A stretch of DNA of 20,000 nucleotides from an uncultured virus (IMG/VR IMGVR_UViG_3300023174_008763) (lineage: Duplodnaviria > Heunggongvirae > Uroviricota > Caudoviricetes), in IMG/VR virus record IMGVR_UViG_3300023174_008763; one strand, 5' to 3'. This document shows, piece by piece, positions 16,905 through 20,000 of this stretch. The stretch's first letter is position 1. Every line of letters begins with the position of its first letter. The notes beneath the pieces were generated by a model. That model ran no database searches. It worked only from the letters and a program-made list of their open reading frames with translations, and was not told the DNA's origin. The translations under genes were made by a program, and so were the position numbers.

Positions 16905-17315
16905 ATGGGCAGAATAATTCAAAATGCAGTAAAGGATATCACTTCCGACACATATTACCAATCCACACATGTCCATGATTATGTGGAATTCGAACATAAT
17001 GGACAAAATCATTTCATCGACGGAGGCCAAGAATATCTTAGACGATCTTTTGCCAACAGCGATCAGATTGTGGATTGGAGCTTATACGATGATTCTCCAC
17101 ACGATCTGATCAAGCGGAGAATGTTATGGGGAACATACGGGCTAAATGGCGACCAACCATTAAAATGGGTGCCACTTTTTGAATGCACCACAGAACATTT
17201 GCAGGCTATTCTTCGTACACAATTGTGTATTTCTCGTAGCACACAATTGTTGATTATGGAAATTTTGAATGATCGAGGAATTGAGGTAGAGGCACTAAAA
17301 AATGAAAATGACTGA
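16905..17315 (+). CDS. Conserved phage hypothetical protein
   Basis: 'STHVHDY...FIDGGQEYLRR' and 'WGTYGLNGDQPLKW' motifs, recalled from phage proteins. Confidence 0.75.
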   Translation: MGRIIQNAVKDITSDTYYQSTHVHDYVEFEHNGQNHFIDGGQEYLRRSFANSDQIVDWSLYDDSPHDLIKRRMLWGTYGLNGDQPLKWVPLFECTTEHLQAILRTQLCISRSTQLLIMEILNDRGIEVEALKNEND

Positions 17316-17650
17316 AGAACAAAACGAAGCATTTATCAGATGCCTCTAGAGCTTTTGGCCACGGCGGTGGAACCGATCTAGCTCTGCCAGTGCTTCATGC
17401 CTTAAAGAATAAGATTGTGTATGATTTGATTATCATCGGGACCGACAACGAAACTTGGCAGGGTTCAAGACATCTCGCCGATGCTTGGAAGCAGTATCAA
17501 AAAGATATTAATCCAAACGCCAAATTAGTGATTGCATCCACTGCCTCTAACCAATACACGGTAGGAGATCCAGATGATGTGTCAGTTTTGCAGTGTGTGG
17601 GGTTTGATGCACACTTGCTATCTATTGTCCAAAACTGGGCAAAGAGTTAA
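17312..17650 (+). pseudogene. C-terminal vWA fragment of Ro60/TROVE RNA-binding protein
   Basis: Frame reads ...GGGTDLALPVLHA...IIIGTDNETWQG..HLADAWKQYQKDINPNAKLVI...NQYTVGDPDD..VLQCVGFD, matching the Ro60 end. An in-frame stop at 17309-17311 means there is no TROVE domain. Confidence 0.8.
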
Positions 17651-17656
17651 GCAATT

Positions 17657-17689
17657 AAAAAACTCGGGCAATTTTTGCCCGAGTTTTTT
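17657..17689. terminator. Rho-independent terminator (bidirectional)
   Basis: AAAAAACTCGGGCAA-TTT-TTGCCCGAGTTTTTT. Confidence 0.9.
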
Positions 17690-17702
17690 CGTACAAAAAA
17701 TT

Positions 17703-18008
17703 ATGAAACCCACACAAATACCGGAATGGCTCCATGATGGATTTGAATCAGCTCAAAGAACAGTGGATGGCTGGAGCGAAGGAAAGAAGATCGCCGCAGG
17801 CTTAATCTCTAAAGATCACACTGATAACACAGAGCAGACAAATAATTATCAATGGCATTTAGATCAAGCTAACAAATTACAAGAGGAAATCAGAATTTTA
17901 AAATTACAATTGAAGCGCAAACAATCCAAGCAAAAGAAACATCTTGATGATGCTCATTCTTTGATGCAAGGTCAATTAACATTTGAAGAGATTGAAGATG
18001 CAAGATAA
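17703..18008 (+). CDS. Hypothetical coiled-coil protein
   Basis: ATG 17703 follows the terminator and CGTACA. The upstream part of ORF 17574 overlaps the Ro fragment and the terminator. Confidence 0.7.
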   Translation: MKPTQIPEWLHDGFESAQRTVDGWSEGKKIAAGLISKDHTDNTEQTNNYQWHLDQANKLQEEIRILKLQLKRKQSKQKKHLDDAHSLMQGQLTFEEIEDAR

Positions 18009-18456
18009 AGTTATTCAAACGATTGTGATAAGGACCAAGTTTCCTGATAAAGACGGAAACATGAGGAAACTTAGATTGGGGAAATATTGTAGTCAAGCTG
18101 CTCATGCTAGTATTGCTTTTTTGTCTAATAAACTCAAAAACACACAATCTTATCAAGCGGAGTGTATTTCAGAAAATAAATATACTTTAAAAACTGTTTC
18201 TGTTCCAGAACCATTTTCTTTAGAAGAGCAAATGTGGATTGATAATCAATTTACGAAAATCTGTTTATGCGTAGATACTGAGGAAGAATTATTAGACATA
18301 TATAGTAGGGCGAAAAATGCAAACCTCACTGTGTATTTAATCCAGGATGCCGGTCACACAGAATTCAATGGCGAAGAGACATTTACTTGTTTGGCTATCG
18401 GTCCTCATTATAAATCAAAAATCGACCCAATCACTGAAAATTTAAGGTTGTTTTAA
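17998..18456 (+). CDS. Peptidyl-tRNA hydrolase, Pth2 family
   Basis: 'QTIVIR', 'GKYCSQAAHAS', 'FTKICL', 'IQDAGHTEF' and 'TCLAIGP...IDPITENLRL'. Confidence 0.92.
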   Translation: MQDKVIQTIVIRTKFPDKDGNMRKLRLGKYCSQAAHASIAFLSNKLKNTQSYQAECISENKYTLKTVSVPEPFSLEEQMWIDNQFTKICLCVDTEEELLDIYSRAKNANLTVYLIQDAGHTEFNGEETFTCLAIGPHYKSKIDPITENLRLF

Positions 18457-18468
18457 CGTAAAAAATAT

Positions 18469-18906
18469 ATGCTACCAACAGAACAAGACCCACACAATCT
18501 ATTTACACCTGATCCAAAACCAAATCAAGATTTAGAAAAATGCCGCTTGAAAGACGCTTTGTTTGTAACCTTAAAAAATAAAAAATTTACACTTGGCGAA
18601 ACATTTGAGAAATTTGGCACCTTTGATCCAACACAATTAACTGGAATTAAATTGCGAGTAGAATTCGATAGGTGGACTGACAAAATTTACGAAAAAGATT
18701 TTGAACTTTTTGGAATTGAATGTTTCAAACCAAAAGAATACAAACCGCTTACATTTCGAACCAAAATCGTACAGCATTCCACCCGAGAAATCGACAATCA
18801 TGGAATGAGCTATGATGTAATAGATAATGTTTGTGTAGTTTTGCCAGAAGATTTCATTCAATTTGTTGACAGAGAAGTGGAGATTGTGGTTAAGGTGATA
18901 GGATAA
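18469..18906 (+). CDS. Hypothetical protein
   Basis: 145-aa ORF. CGTAAA lies 6 nt upstream of the ATG. Confidence 0.7.
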   Translation: MLPTEQDPHNLFTPDPKPNQDLEKCRLKDALFVTLKNKKFTLGETFEKFGTFDPTQLTGIKLRVEFDRWTDKIYEKDFELFGIECFKPKEYKPLTFRTKIVQHSTREIDNHGMSYDVIDNVCVVLPEDFIQFVDREVEIVVKVIG

Positions 18907-19058
18907 TCAACTATTCATTATTAAAGACCGTGTGTTTCCTTAGTGTCAAAGATTATGACTGTTTTAGAGATCGAAGATGATCAAGACTTTAAAACGGAAA
19001 TTTAATAATTTATGATAAGCTTTCCGCATGAATTTCATTTTCGTTCGATGGAAGTAGT

Positions 19059-19388
19059 GTGGACAAACTAAACTACACTCACGTTGTTAAAAGACTATTT
19101 TTAAGAGATTATTTTTCGGGCAAAAAACCCACTATTGTAGACTATATCGAAAAATATCGAATTGTGTTAGATGTTGATGATTTTATTAATTGGGGGCTTG
19201 AATTCGCCTTTTTGGCGATTTCATCCGTATATAAAACTATGGAAGAGAACAAATTGTATCAATATTGTTTAGAAAAATCAGCACAAGCTTGGTGTAAAGA
19301 AAAAACTCAAAATCTAACAATGATTCCTGAATTAGCAACTGAATTCGCGAATATTTTATATTGTGAATTGTCTAAGGAGACAAAATAA
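19059..19388 (+). CDS. Hypothetical protein
   Basis: 109-aa ORF whose stop overlaps the next start (TAATG). Confidence 0.65.
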   Translation: MDKLNYTHVVKRLFLRDYFSGKKPTIVDYIEKYRIVLDVDDFINWGLEFAFLAISSVYKTMEENKLYQYCLEKSAQAWCKEKTQNLTMIPELATEFANILYCELSKETK

Positions 19389-19810
19389 TGCACGATTATA
19401 CACCAGCAGAATTTGGCCGACCATTTCAAAACCTTGATGATAATAAATATTTTCAAAGTTATATAAAATCTTTAAAAGAGTTTGCAATTCTTAGAGATAG
19501 AATTGATGAATGGAAAAAGACCGATACTGGAATCAATTCTAACGAAGCATTTCGAATTGTAGATGCTGTAATTGATCTTTGTGTAACTGTTAAAACTAGG
19601 GTTAAATCCGAATTAAAAATTCTAGATGAGAATTTTATTTCTTATAATTATTCAACACCAATTCGAACTGGTTTAAATCAATGGTCTGTTTTTGTTAGGA
19701 AATACAAAGGTCATACAGATTGTGTTGGTGCAATTGAACATCGTTTTGAAAATGAAGACGCCGCCACCGCATTTTCAGTAAACAATTGGAATCTCGGAGA
19801 ATATTTCTGA
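19388..19810 (+). CDS. Hypothetical protein
   Basis: 140-aa ORF with SD AAGGAG, translationally coupled. Confidence 0.75.
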   Translation: MHDYTPAEFGRPFQNLDDNKYFQSYIKSLKEFAILRDRIDEWKKTDTGINSNEAFRIVDAVIDLCVTVKTRVKSELKILDENFISYNYSTPIRTGLNQWSVFVRKYKGHTDCVGAIEHRFENEDAATAFSVNNWNLGEYF

Positions 19811-19944
19811 TGACAGATTTAGAAAAAGCAAAAAATATAATTGAAAAATTATGGAATATTATTGATGACATAGATAGTTACGTGTTTTATAGAAAAATAT
19901 TCCTAACACGTTTTTTGGACAAAGGGAACTATAGGTTCCCCTGA
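19810..19944 (+). pseudogene. Short, probably truncated ORF (44 aa)
   Basis: TGATG coupling. Reads MTDLEKAKNIIEKLWNIIDDIDSY..., then runs into hairpin/repeat DNA and stops inside the repeat. Confidence 0.4.
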
Positions 19945-19987
19945 AGAGTCAAAGATTCCGCTAAGATTCCAGAAGAATCCTTTGCGA
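19924..19987. repeat. Dispersed non-coding repeat, copy 2 (multi-hairpin)
   Basis: GGGAAC-TATAG-GTTCCC hairpin, then GAGTC/GATTC and GATTC/GAATC hairpins. Similar to 504-560. Confidence 0.7.
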
Positions 19988-20000
19988 TTTCTTTTCTCTT

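Noticed and set aside
1..20000. Stop-codon reassignment (alternative genetic code)
   Set aside because: Conserved genes are full length under the standard code and end in TAA, TAG or TGA.

Overview
AT-rich, gene-dense window that reads as part of a large (jumbo/huge) bacteriophage genome using the standard code. No rRNA, housekeeping operons or virion genes were recognised. Host-like genes are scattered among typical phage hypotheticals: two sigma-70-family factors, nusG, a CMP/dCMP-type deaminase, an NrdG-like radical SAM protein, signal peptidase I, clpP, dnaK, Pth2, a pol-beta nucleotidyltransferase, HAD and metallophosphoesterase enzymes, a frameshifted zinc-ribbon/PD-(D/E)xK endonuclease and a C-terminal Ro60/TROVE remnant. 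Non-coding highlights: (1) a complete tmRNA with an unusually long, basic tag ending in VMFA; (2) an orphan TnpB-type omegaRNA scaffold with an intact pseudoknot whose downstream 'guide' matches a second site 19.4 kb away; (3) a five-copy 29-bp promoter cassette driving leaderless genes, some copies with an upstream GC palindrome; (4) a second YGTANA promoter class 6-8 nt before many start codons; (5) two unannotated hairpin RNAs that begin exactly at such promoters. All family assignments come from motif recognition; no database searches were run.
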